Positions 43,101 to 50,701 of a stretch of DNA of 64,000 nt are shown here, one piece after another. The stretch is from Tubulanus polymorphus (taxonomy: Eukaryota > Animalia > Nemertea), in contig NC_134025.1 in assembly GCF_964204645.1 (NCBI RefSeq), positions 25,524,299 through 25,588,298 on the forward strand, written 5' to 3'. The notes under the pieces are model-generated. The model was not told the origin of the DNA and did not search any database. It was given only the letters and a program-made list of their open reading frames with translations. The translations under genes were made by a program, and so were the position numbers. The first letter of the stretch is position 1; each line of letters starts with the position of its first letter.

Positions 43101-46100
43101 GTAAGTAAGATTTAGCCTCGAGTTGTGTATGTGTATCCGTGTAGACTTAAATAGATTTTATCAATCTCATCTTTGTTAATTATATAGGTATCGATGCCTC
43201 AAATGTTTCAACTTTGACATGTGCCAGAACTGCTTCTTTACTGGCTGCAAGGCCAAAGGCCATAAACTAACGCATCCTATGCAAGAATATTGCACAACGG
43301 TAAGTTACTTCTACACGATAGTCAACAGAAGATTATTTATTTCACTTGCCACAATTGCTGGTGCTGCCATCTTTCAGTAACATTCAACGATAAAACAATT
43401 GATGTTCGGACTTTGCCAATGATCAGTTCTTTCTATATACATGTATTGCAAATCTTGATTTTGAAATTCATCTTTTCTTTTTAGACGACATCTGGGGAAG
43501 ACATGCGAGATTTCACCAAGGTGATGAAGAACAAATTTAAGTCGAAACGTTATTTCAAGAAACATCCTAGGTTGGGATACCTTCCTGTTCAGACAGTGCT
43601 TGAAGGAGATGCTATTGAAAGGTAAGGAAGACAAATGAGCATTATTTTCCCATTTCTGCAGACGATTTCGGTCGATGAAGTTTGAAAACTCGCATTGATA
43701 AGCAATTTTGTCGTGAGGAAACTTATTTCAGCGCGGTATGAAAATTGATGTTGATTAAGTTCAGTTGCCACCAACGCTGACAAATGATTCTTATGCAAAC
43801 TAATGGTGGCTTTCATACATTCATCTAGCAACACATTTTATTGCTAATGTAATTTATAGTTGATGCATATAGAATGTATTGATCATATTGATGATGTAGT
43901 GCATTATTATCTGTCATACCGGGGTGTATTATTTGAGTGTTTTGAGTGGAAATAAAGCGAGTGATTTATTCTTCACGCACTGCTTATAAGTTATGGCATT
44001 TCAGTGTAAATAGCCCTCCAGGGACGATTTCATAACGACGTTATAGGCTCGAGAATTGGGCGAATATTTTAACGAGCATTCAGAATATCGTTATATGAAC
44101 GAACGACGATGATGATTTATTGAATTGAAAACTACTTCATTCTTGTAGCTGCATGAAGACTTTTTCCATAATACTTGCTCGTAAGAAATCGCGATTCTGT
44201 TGATTTTGGATTTGATAGAACCCGTTGAATCTCCTTGCTTGATTATCTCTCTTCATGTTCTCAGATCGTATTGAAAGAAGCTAGTTTATTAAAATGCGGA
44301 CGGTGCAACCGTAATTGTATTTCTAAAACCGGTAGATTGAAAGATTCGAAAGATTTGTATTCAATGATGCATTCTCAAGGGAGTGTTTGACGTTGGGTAT
44401 TATTTTCTTGCCGCTTAACTTCATTAATTTATTCCCAGACAATGTTTATTAAATGCACAGTATTAGACTCTAGAGCATTTTCAACCAATTCAAAGGCTTT
44501 CTGTAAAGAGACTAGCGACTTAAACATTCATGAATGTATTGAAGTGAATTTTCAACATTTAATTGATTTGGATCATGCAGCTAGACTATTTTTGGGTAGC
44601 TAGTGTGAGTAATCCGACGTGGATAAAGCTAGACGAATTTTCTGAACAGAGTATAATGTATCTGCCGTATAGCTGAAATGGATGAGTATTGATTAGTCAC
44701 CATGGATGATACTGCAATGGAGGAGGCTGCGTACTCGGTCGCCTGTCTCTAAGGTGTTATAGTTTGTCATATTCGCGTCTGGCCACACTCGACTGAAAAC
44801 ATCGCGACGCAGACGTACCGGGAGCGAGCGTGCAGTCTGCCCTGCTTTGTTGTCTAAAACAATCTGCAACGATGGTAATGGGTGGTGTATTGTGTAATAC
44901 AAACAATAACGATGAGGAAGTTAAACCTGATAATAATGTTGAAAATTCACCTCATGTCGTTCTTATTTTGTCTGATAGGTAAGTCTTTCAGCCTTCTACG
45001 TAGGTTATTTTTTGTTGTTGTCGAGGGAATTACTCAGTAGTTTTAAGAAGCTATTTACCACGGCTTTTTCCGAAGCGAAGATGATTTATTTAAAGGTGTA
45101 TCGGTATAGTCATTTCTGGTATCGATTTTCTATCAACCGCTTAGTTAGACATTTGAGAAAACACACTAATCGTGCTCTGTTAGCTAAACAAACTGATAAA
45201 TTCATTAATTACGCTCTTTGGTCGTAGTAAAATCATTTAAAAAGAAGTCATATTTGAACAGTTAATGGCTGGTCGGTGGGTGTGTCAACTTACACAACCT
45301 CATATTTCTATTTGATGTTGCCTTTTGTATGGAATAGTATTGGCCTCGGGTTCAAAATTGAAATGGAATTCATATCGAGCTGGCGTGCGTAACAAAATGA
45401 CATCATCAGAGAGCTAATTTCGGATAAAAAACTGAGCCTTGAAATTTGATCGAAATGTCACTTCGTGGAAGCAGCAAAAATTGTACGAAACACTGCAATA
45501 TTTCAGGTTGAATGATTAATCTTGTTGAAAGCTACTTAGCTTAAATTGATTATCACATTCAATGCAGTGACCCAGCGAATCATTTGACCATTGACATTGC
45601 TTTTATCCTTTGAAGGGTATTTGCATTGTTTGTTCCTGGTATTACGTTTCAACTTGGTATGATGGCTTACAAGTCTGGAGCAGATGATTTATCATTTGTT
45701 AATTTGAAATCTGATAGCGTTTCGCCAAAAGAAGCGGTTTGTGGTTGATTGTTGTGGTCAACAAGTGTATCTGCGCTCCACCAGCTGACGGTGAGCAACT
45801 CTTCATCCACATGGCAATCGAAATCTAATCACGAATGTTGGCTGTAACGAGCGTGTGATGTAGCCTTCACCAATTTACCCACTTCATCACAAATTCATGA
45901 TGTAATCATACCCCTAGGTTGTTTGGTAATTTCCCATGAGCTACAAAGGGCCAGGGTGGATGAATAAAAACTTATGCGGGCGTTGACATTTGTGGAATTG
46001 CTTTAAACTATTGCTTTATTTATTAGATTATAATGTCGCTGTTCTACTTATTTCCGTTTTTACTGAAATGTCCGATGATACCCAGTATGAAAGAAACTTC

Positions 46101-49100
46101 GTCAAAAATCATCTCGTATTTCATACCCATTATCTAACCTGTGTAATTTCAGTCCAGCACCCAGTCCACAACACAATGCAACTCAAGATATGCACTCGAG
46201 GTTAGAGCTCTATGCAACCAGGTAATGTGATCTAACTCCATTGCAACTGCCGTATTGATTTTGACTAAACGTCTAAGAAAAAATTATATGATTTGTATTG
46301 AAATTTTAATATATTTCTGTTGTTCATTTCAGACTAGCTGAAGTCGAACAAAGACAGCTGAGTTCTACACCAGATTCGTTAGTATATAATTATATTCTCG
46401 AATTCTCGAAAAACGCATGTCATAAAATTGGGTTTCGGATACGAGGCTGCTTTTCGTCGAAACTCTTATTAGATTCCTTACTGTCTCTAATTATCGGAGA
46501 TACGACCACGCTTTCGATGGCTCTACACTCGCAATTCGCCTCAATAAAAAACCAATTTTATGAGACTTTTCACCCTTCACTGTGCATTGTACAGTTTAAT
46601 GAAGTCTTATAACGAGCTTGTAGCAAAATTAACTCGGCGAGTTTGTTCCGGGTATTCTACTGACACACGCTATTAATTGCTAGTTTCGCTTTCTACGAAC
46701 GAGCGAGAGATGTTGTCTACGCAATTTTCATCGTCATCGTCATCAGTGTTGTTTCACCACCGCTGCTGTTTACTGACATTCAACACTTCGTCTTCTGCTT
46801 GTTTCGGTATTATATTAGAATACAAATATCTTACAACTTGAAAACACGAAAATGTAATAATACTACTGGCGCCGGGCGATCGTGACATCAAACGTCGAGG
46901 TGATTAATCAATTGGCTTATCGCTCAACATGGGAAACAAATTATCTGCAAATCATAAAAAAGCCAGTGATTTATTTGCACACTAATGCTGTCTTTAAGCG
47001 GCTTTCCGCATTTTTCCATTGGGGTCTGAACAGAGAACTAATTTCAATAAATGCCGGTAAAGCCACGGTAAATACCGTGCAGCTTTACTCTAATTTCTTG
47101 ACCACTGATTGATTTGATCCGATTGAGAGTAATATAGGTTACAATTTACATTGAATTTACCATAGGAGATGCTACATCCTGGTACTGAAGGCTGTATCTG
47201 TAGAGCTTGGAGTAATCATTTGACAAATGATTACTCCGAGACCAGAGTAACCAGACTCTGACCATAACAAGCTTTATCAGTCGTGGCAGTTTAAGTTTAA
47301 GCGCTCTGATGACCACTTTGACTTGCTAATTAAAACATTCACATCAAATGAATCGAATCGTTTTGACTAATAGCGCGATATAGTGACACTCATTCGAGCA
47401 GTTGATTTGATCATTGCAGTCTATCCGCTGCACTGACCATTCGGCGTTTATTTGAGTCACGTCTGCTTTGCCGATAACGCTCTTTCGGGAATACATATGA
47501 TCGTTTACACATTCTAATTGCCATTCCTTCATTAATTTCGTTGTACATGTATGTGTGTAGATATTAGTTTATCGATCTTTCTTGTCATCCGAGAACAGGA
47601 CGTTGCATATCCACTCAACGTCATCGCGAAGGTCCAAATTATTCGCGCGAGATTCCGACTGGATCGCAAAAACACGAAAAAATCCATAATCAACACGCGG
47701 ATTGGCGATTGGATTTCACAGTTTTTGAAACAAGTTGCGCACTTCATCACTCAATTTCGCATTGATGACTTGTTGAAGCTCCTTGTCTGTTAATTAAACA
47801 ACTACATAATTTCGCTACTCTCAACATATGGAAAAAAACTTTGATGGCATATGGTTTTTGCAGCGTTTTATATTAGTGCCGTAGTGTTTGCCAGGGCACT
47901 TCAACACCAGATATCCGAGATACGGTGCTATGTCTAGAACATTTTTATGTCGTCGCATTTGTCAGAATCCATGAATAAAGCATAGTATTAGGGATGAATA
48001 CTGAACCATCTCCTTTTCATACTATTACCGACTAGATGTTCATAATTATATCAGACAGTCCAACTAGCAAGAATAATACATATTTCCCGGTGCTCTTCCA
48101 TTTATAATTGAATACGATGGAGTGATTGTGTTATTGCTATTGGCTTACATTCCGATCATCAATCGCTACGATTCATTTCGTGTCGAATATGATCGATATA
48201 TACTTGCGTATTGTATGAATGAATACTGTGATGTTGTCTCTAAAATTGCTTCGATTTTCCGTTGTTTATTCCTGATTCTAGTATGATCGTGACTGTATAT
48301 CCTATCGATAGTTCTCCCGAGCACACTCCATTACCGATGTAAGTTCAAAATTGTAACGATTTTACGTCCGTGTCTCTATATGTGTCATCATTTCAATTGA
48401 TCTGTATCGATTATGCTATTATTGACTGTTGTATTAAAGTGCATGGACCGATTTATCTCACTATTAACTCCTATTAATGATAAAGGAGTAAATCACTTAT
48501 TCTATAGTGAACATCCTATTTCGAAAAACCATCTTGAGATTTATGAATATTTTATCACGTTCATGTGTACTTGTATATTTCTATTTGTTTACTTTGTTTT
48601 ATCATATGGCATGCACTGGTAAGCTCTTTTCATTAAAGCATTATTATCAATGGGTTCATCAGAAACACCATGTTTGTGTGTCGCTATGGAAATTTTCTTA
48701 GCCATGGGCAAGATGAAAATTGTTTTTACAATCGTTTTCAAACTGTTTCATGTGTTCGATTGCATTTTGCACTTGGATAGAGTTGTTTCGAGTAATGCGT
48801 TTTAGGTGTTTTATATGATGAACTGGCATGTGAATATACAGGAAGCATTCATTTTAGATAATCAGTTAGCGCAGAAAATATAACCTTCAATCCTTCAATT
48901 TACCGTGACAATAGAAAATGATGAATTAAAGCTTTTAACTTTCATAGATTATAAATGTGTCTGTCATTTTCTATCCAATTACTCATAATGGAACTATTTA
49001 TCATAGTATCTTAGTTGATACTGGATCGTTATGAAACTCATGTTTCAATTTCGGGTTTTGTTACTATTATTGTAAATATCTACCGGGCTTTGATATTTTT

Positions 49101-50701
49101 ATATGATTGTATCTATAGTTGTCATGGTTACATCGTGTCGAACGATGTACAGTACGGAAAATAAATCTATAGAGAAGTTGTTGACAGTAGCCGCTAAAGT
49201 TATCTTTTTTTAACTTAGATTGGTTCGCATTCAAAATCAGTTGACAAGTTTTGGCTAAGCTATAATATAGGACCCATTCTGAGTCAAGTGTCAGGGGCTT
49301 CTTTGTTTTTACGTTTAGGACCCTGTAAATAACCTTCTATATCAATTATCGCATTCTCATTTCAGGGAAGATGAACACAACCTTATTGCTCAGTACTGCC
49401 ATAGCCTAACAGGAGATGGAAAATCATTTACGGTAAGTTCTTCACCTGACACCTTTGGTACTGAAGGTATCTACTGAATGTGAAAGGTTCCTGGTTTCAT
49501 ATTAGTTGCATTCTTATTTCAGTTGAAAAGTCCATTGCAGATCATGATGTCACTGGACACTGATCAAAGGGCAGAATTAGAAACTATGATAAAAGATTTA
49601 GAGGAGGAAAATAAGTAAGTGAAATGGATACGCATTGTGTCATATGCACGATATGTGTCTTATAGAAATTGACATTATGAATGTCTACTTGAGATACCAG
49701 AGAACAGTCGATATTTAAGCCAATAAGTATCCATGTTTTATGCGGGAGACGTTTGATTTTTTCAGACAACTACAAGAAGAATACGACCGATTACGTCAGA
49801 GCGAGGAAGAAGCGGCGCGAACGGGCGATTCGGAACCTTCGAGTCGCGACGCCGAAATGATAGCCGAGGCTAAACTACTACGGCAACACAAGGGACGTTT
49901 GGAAGCGCGAATGCAAATCTTAGAGGACCACAATCGACAACTAGAAGCACAGTTACAGCGTTTACGACAACTACTGGAACAGGTAATTAATTTCCTGACT
50001 TAATTCGGTCTCTGTTCGCATGAATTAAATATTATTTTCGTTACGTCATATGCGTTTATTTATTCATCTTTGTTCAGCCTCAACATGCATCAATGACCTC
50101 ATCGCAGAGAACGACTCCATTCATGACTCCTTCATCGTCACAAACCTCATTACAAAATTCACCTCGAACGAAACTCATATATGAGTCACCGGTCCATTTA
50201 AACGGTCACGGCGATGGTAAGACTCCCGCAATAATAAACATTATACTGAATTTATTGCAGTATTCCTGATTCTGACAGTAAATCACATTTAACTATTACC
50301 GCGTAACAATGTTTATAGGATGGTTTTATTTTTTTTTTTTTTACATCTAGGACGAAAATCCGATGATATCCGTTTACAGGAAATGATGAGGGAAATAAGC
50401 GATACATTTCCAATGGATCCAGCTCCGCAGCCACCCCCGCCCCCACCTGCGAAAAGCACTGGTATCAAAGGTATGCATTAGGCAAGCCTTTATTTTTCCG
50501 AATCTCTGAAAACCGTGTTATCGGCTTTCATGATTGATATTTAATTTTTCGTGGTTGTTGTTTGCAGGAAGCAATGTCGGCAATCTATTCCACATGGCCG
50601 GGCAAGTAGGTCGCGCTGTAGGAACATTAGTGACTGTAATGACTGACGAGGAAGGAAGTGGAAGTGATGACTACGAAGACGAACGCAATATACGAAAGTG
50701 A
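992..50701 (+). CDS. DMD: Dystrophin orthologue, multi-exon, 5'-partial (CH domains upstream of the window); stop TGA at 50699-50701
   Basis: 62 GT-AG exons joined with consistent phases. Translation shows dystrophin motifs: [29 protein letters not shown] ([27 protein letters not shown]), [80 protein letters not shown]. Confidence 0.97.
1423..1604 (+). CDS. DMD: Dystrophin exon (exon 11-like)
   Basis: [13 protein letters not shown]...[18 protein letters not shown]; ag/gtaagt. Confidence 0.93.
1948..2183 (+). CDS. DMD: Dystrophin exon (exon 12/13-like)
   Basis: [13 protein letters not shown]...NMVVVVDDS; ag/gtaagc. Confidence 0.93.
2260..2498 (+). CDS. DMD: Dystrophin rod exon
   Basis: [20 protein letters not shown]; ag/gtgaga. 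Confidence 0.92.
2622..2804 (+). CDS. DMD: Dystrophin rod exon
   Basis: SAEESMD...LQGRWEALV; ag/gtaagt. Confidence 0.9.
2917..3162 (+). CDS. DMD: Dystrophin exon (hinge 2 / repeat 4)
   Basis: IAQSHIH...[14 protein letters not shown]; phase 0-0. Confidence 0.88.
3246..3333 (+). CDS. DMD: Dystrophin rod exon
   Basis: [20 protein letters not shown]; phase 0-1. Confidence 0.85.
3417..3667 (+). CDS. DMD: Dystrophin rod exon
   Basis: [14 protein letters not shown]; phase 1-0. Confidence 0.9.
3758..3911 (+). CDS. DMD: Dystrophin rod exon
   Basis: [13 protein letters not shown]...FLQEWEAV; phase 0-1. Confidence 0.88.
4039..4211 (+). CDS. DMD: Dystrophin rod exon (exon 22-like)
   Basis: [19 protein letters not shown]; phase 1-0. 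Confidence 0.9.
4332..4661 (+). CDS. DMD: Dystrophin rod exon (exon 23+24-like)
   Basis: ELQDDISEH...[10 protein letters not shown]; ag/gtgagt. Confidence 0.92.
4744..4919 (+). CDS. DMD: Dystrophin rod exon
   Basis: [10 protein letters not shown]...LYSQWEEV; phase 0-2. Confidence 0.88.
5011..5161 (+). CDS. DMD: Dystrophin rod exon (exon 26-like)
   Basis: [19 protein letters not shown]; phase 2-0. Confidence 0.88.
5270..5425 (+). CDS. DMD: Dystrophin rod exon
   Basis: KLKVEV...[11 protein letters not shown]; ag/gtaagt. Confidence 0.88.
5508..5672 (+). CDS. DMD: Dystrophin rod exon (exon 28-like)
   Basis: Ends [10 protein letters not shown]|gtaagt. Confidence 0.9.
5903..6058 (+). CDS. DMD: Dystrophin rod exon (exon 29-like)
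   Basis: ELENLVIH...[11 protein letters not shown]|gtaagt. Confidence 0.88.
6136..6297 (+). CDS. DMD: Dystrophin rod exon (exon 30-like)
   Basis: [22 protein letters not shown]; phase 0-0. Confidence 0.9.
6394..6522 (+). CDS. DMD: Dystrophin rod exon
   Basis: [13 protein letters not shown]; phase 0-0. Confidence 0.87.
6626..6799 (+). CDS. DMD: Dystrophin rod exon (exon 32-like)
   Basis: [12 protein letters not shown]...QLQHCL|gtaagt. Confidence 0.93.
6916..7071 (+). CDS. DMD: Dystrophin rod exon (exon 33-like)
   Basis: [23 protein letters not shown]. Confidence 0.93.
7152..7289 (+). CDS. DMD: Dystrophin rod exon
   Basis: [16 protein letters not shown]; phase 0-0. Confidence 0.87.
7442..7624 (+). 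CDS. DMD: Dystrophin rod exon
   Basis: DADKDV...IKRRWASLV; phase 0-0. Confidence 0.87.
7732..7884 (+). CDS. DMD: Dystrophin rod exon (divergent)
   Basis: [14 protein letters not shown]; ag/gtaagt. Confidence 0.8.
7981..8124 (+). CDS. DMD: Dystrophin rod exon (divergent)
   Basis: [15 protein letters not shown]...KLEKAK|gtagga. Confidence 0.8.
10300..10467 (+). CDS. DMD: Dystrophin rod exon
   Basis: HEWNETN...[16 protein letters not shown]; strong acceptor, gtaagc donor. Confidence 0.82.
11173..11796 (+). CDS. DMD: Large dystrophin exon with acidic Ser/Thr-rich linker, ending in repeat-16-like sequence (exon 42-like)
   Basis: 624-nt open exon ending [20 protein letters not shown]|gtaagt. 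Confidence 0.87.
11907..12079 (+). CDS. DMD: Dystrophin exon 43-like
   Basis: AVKEEMDEV...[13 protein letters not shown]; phase 0-2. Confidence 0.9.
12340..12490 (+). CDS. DMD: Dystrophin exon 44-like
   Basis: [21 protein letters not shown]; phase 2-0. Confidence 0.9.
12578..12753 (+). CDS. DMD: Dystrophin exon 45-like
   Basis: DLEEGV...[23 protein letters not shown]; phase 0-2. Confidence 0.92.
13058..13202 (+). CDS. DMD: Dystrophin exon 46-like
   Basis: [16 protein letters not shown]; phase 2-0. Confidence 0.87.
13372..13521 (+). CDS. DMD: Dystrophin exon 47-like
   Basis: [20 protein letters not shown]; ag/gtaagt. Confidence 0.87.
13620..13766 (+). CDS. DMD: Dystrophin exon 48-like
   Basis: [15 protein letters not shown]; ag/gtaaga. 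Confidence 0.87.
13966..14173 (+). CDS. DMD: Dystrophin exon 49/50-like
   Basis: [12 protein letters not shown]...INEGWMTI; phase 0-1. Confidence 0.85.
14436..14626 (+). CDS. DMD: Dystrophin exon 51-like (hinge 3 / repeat 20)
   Basis: [28 protein letters not shown]; phase 1-0. Confidence 0.9.
14665..14771. mobile_element. Small MITE-like element
   Basis: Imperfect terminal inverted repeats atagaccagat / atctggactat. Confidence 0.4.
14878..14992 (+). CDS. DMD: Dystrophin exon 52-like
   Basis: [16 protein letters not shown]; phase 0-1, gtaagc donor. Confidence 0.88.
18023..18092 (+). CDS. Candidate alternative first coding exon ([23 protein letters not shown]) joining exon 26312
   Basis: ATG to GAG|gtaagt consensus donor, phase 1 as required. 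Confidence 0.55.
19608..19676 (+). CDS. Candidate alternative N-terminal exon (ATG 19619; [19 protein letters not shown]) after a non-coding exon ending at 19467
   Basis: Intron 19468-19607 gtaagt...ttacag; AAG|gtatat donor, phase 1. Confidence 0.5.
20106..20387 (-). CDS. Nested antisense ORF: putative secreted cysteine-rich peptide (93 aa)
   Basis: N-terminal hydrophobic signal-like [19 protein letters not shown], then 6 Cys and RRR/RR basic sites. Confidence 0.45.
   Translation of the reverse strand: MFLSVVALILLTACAPIQSQLSEFRRRCECSRRQDEELHQIDCIQHDYSPEICYIDCLWRVIICFHVMPLELIHGITEGLHLENGVSRDIFVV
22712..22912. repeat. Diverged direct duplication (~87 bp, period ~114)
   Basis: agaactact...tttttacgtaggt..cattctgaaaacagaatc occurs twice. 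Confidence 0.75.
23710..23878 (+). CDS. Candidate alternative first coding exon (MWQHFL...NCEGGR)
   Basis: GCG|gtaagt donor, phase 1, open from ATG 23710. Confidence 0.35.
24744..24967. mobile_element. MITE-like non-autonomous DNA transposon
   Basis: TIRs caggggcggat / atccgcttctg; ccaat repeated on both flanks. Confidence 0.55.
25059..25128 (+). CDS. Candidate alternative first coding exon ([23 protein letters not shown])
   Basis: TCA|gtaagt donor, phase 1. Confidence 0.3.
25762..25810 (+). CDS. Candidate alternative first coding exon ([16 protein letters not shown]; frame open from 25492)
   Basis: ATTATGG context, C|gtaagt donor, phase 1. Confidence 0.45.
26312..26523 (+). CDS. DMD: Dystrophin exon 53-like
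   Basis: ERLRETWED...[15 protein letters not shown]; phase 1-0. Confidence 0.93.
27165..27319 (+). CDS. DMD: Dystrophin exon 54-like
   Basis: [13 protein letters not shown]...EYKQDD; phase 0-2. Confidence 0.92.
28847..29036 (+). CDS. DMD: Dystrophin exon 55-like
   Basis: [12 protein letters not shown]...[12 protein letters not shown]; phase 2-0. Confidence 0.92.
31889..32152. mobile_element. MITE, copy 1
   Basis: TIRs cagggtggccact / agtggccatcctg; taaaa on both flanks; related copy at 35936. Confidence 0.7.
33018..33110 (+). CDS. Candidate Dp116-like first exon ([31 protein letters not shown])
   Basis: TTT|gtaagt donor, phase 0 as required for exon 37241. Confidence 0.35.
34006..34056 (+). 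CDS. Candidate Dp116-like N-terminal exon ([17 protein letters not shown])
   Basis: AAG|gtgagt consensus donor, phase 0; upstream ttgcag acceptor at 33791 suggests a spliced 5' UTR. Confidence 0.6.
35125..35142 (+). CDS. Candidate Dp116-like first exon (MVDLFM)
   Basis: AGAATGG context, ATG|gtaagt donor, phase 0. Confidence 0.45.
35936..36152. mobile_element. MITE, copy 2
   Basis: TIRs caggatggccact / agtggccaccctg; shares internal motifs with copy 1. Confidence 0.7.
37241..37401 (+). CDS. DMD: Dystrophin exon 56-like
   Basis: DLAAEIEAH...[22 protein letters not shown]; phase 0-2. Confidence 0.94.
37878..37923 (-). ncRNA. Hammerhead-ribozyme-like motif of the Penelope-like-element type
   Basis: Minus strand CUGAUGA-c-GACUAU(uagaau)AUAGUC-GAAAC-GUC. 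Confidence 0.5.
38973..39129 (+). CDS. DMD: Dystrophin exon 57-like
   Basis: [10 protein letters not shown]...[19 protein letters not shown]. Confidence 0.94.
39466..39595 (+). CDS. DMD: Dystrophin exon 58-like
   Basis: [19 protein letters not shown]; phase 0-1. Confidence 0.9.
39900..40054 (+). CDS. DMD: Dystrophin exon 59-like, 5' part
   Basis: [11 protein letters not shown]...WQARID; phase 1-0. Confidence 0.92.
40216..40350 (+). CDS. DMD: Dystrophin exon 59-like, 3' part
   Basis: [16 protein letters not shown]. Confidence 0.92.
40664..40794 (+). CDS. DMD: Dystrophin exon 60-like
   Basis: VDHVNNLA...LEDLNS; phase 0-2. Confidence 0.92.
40886..40980 (+). CDS. DMD: Dystrophin exon 61-like
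   Basis: [12 protein letters not shown]; phase 2-1. Confidence 0.93.
41123..41183 (+). CDS. DMD: Dystrophin exon 62-like (WW domain, first half)
   Basis: [19 protein letters not shown]. Confidence 0.95.
41606..41667 (+). CDS. DMD: Dystrophin exon 63-like (WW domain, second half)
   Basis: [11 protein letters not shown]. Confidence 0.95.
41783..41857 (+). CDS. DMD: Dystrophin exon 64-like (EF-hand region)
   Basis: [23 protein letters not shown]. Confidence 0.95.
41940..42144 (+). CDS. DMD: Dystrophin exon 65-like
   Basis: [18 protein letters not shown]. Confidence 0.95.
42507..42592 (+). CDS. DMD: Dystrophin exon 66-like
   Basis: [27 protein letters not shown]. Confidence 0.95.
42677..42834 (+). 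CDS. DMD: Dystrophin exon 67-like
   Basis: [32 protein letters not shown]. Confidence 0.95.
42928..43100 (+). CDS. DMD: Dystrophin exon 68-like (start of ZZ)
   Basis: [36 protein letters not shown]. Confidence 0.95.
43188..43299 (+). CDS. DMD: Dystrophin exon 69-like (ZZ zinc finger)
   Basis: [17 protein letters not shown]...[11 protein letters not shown]. Confidence 0.95.
43485..43621 (+). CDS. DMD: Dystrophin exon 70-like
   Basis: [10 protein letters not shown]...[16 protein letters not shown]. Confidence 0.95.
44872..44978 (+). CDS. Candidate first exon of a very short C-terminal isoform ([16 protein letters not shown]...LILSD)
   Basis: TAG|gtaagt donor, phase 2 as required for exon 46153; in-frame stop upstream at 44794. 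Confidence 0.45.
46153..46221 (+). CDS. DMD: Dystrophin exon 72-like
   Basis: PAPSPQH...[11 protein letters not shown]; phase 2-2. Confidence 0.92.
46333..46377 (+). CDS. DMD: Dystrophin exon 73-like
   Basis: [14 protein letters not shown]; phase 2-2. Confidence 0.88.
47202..47259. repeat. Palindromic MITE-like hairpin
   Basis: ggagtaatcatttg-a-caaatgattactcc, perfect 14-bp arms (47209-47237). Confidence 0.6.
48282..48338 (+). CDS. DMD: Candidate cassette exon ([18 protein letters not shown])
   Basis: Pyrimidine-rich ttctag acceptor, gtaagt donor, 57 nt, phase 2-2, no stop. Confidence 0.6.
49366..49432 (+). CDS. DMD: Dystrophin exon 74-like, 5' part (syntrophin-binding)
   Basis: [14 protein letters not shown]. 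Confidence 0.93.
49523..49614 (+). CDS. DMD: Dystrophin exon 74-like, 3' part
   Basis: [10 protein letters not shown]...[13 protein letters not shown]. Confidence 0.93.
49766..49982 (+). CDS. DMD: Dystrophin exon 75-like (coiled coil)
   Basis: [40 protein letters not shown]. Confidence 0.96.
50078..50216 (+). CDS. DMD: Dystrophin exon 76-like
   Basis: Ser/Thr-rich [14 protein letters not shown]; phase 0-1. Confidence 0.85.
50351..50470 (+). CDS. DMD: Dystrophin exon 77-like
   Basis: [13 protein letters not shown]...[12 protein letters not shown]; phase 1-1. Confidence 0.87.
50568..50701 (+). CDS. DMD: Dystrophin terminal coding exon (ancestral hydrophobic C-terminus)
   Basis: [28 protein letters not shown]...RK*. 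Confidence 0.93.
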
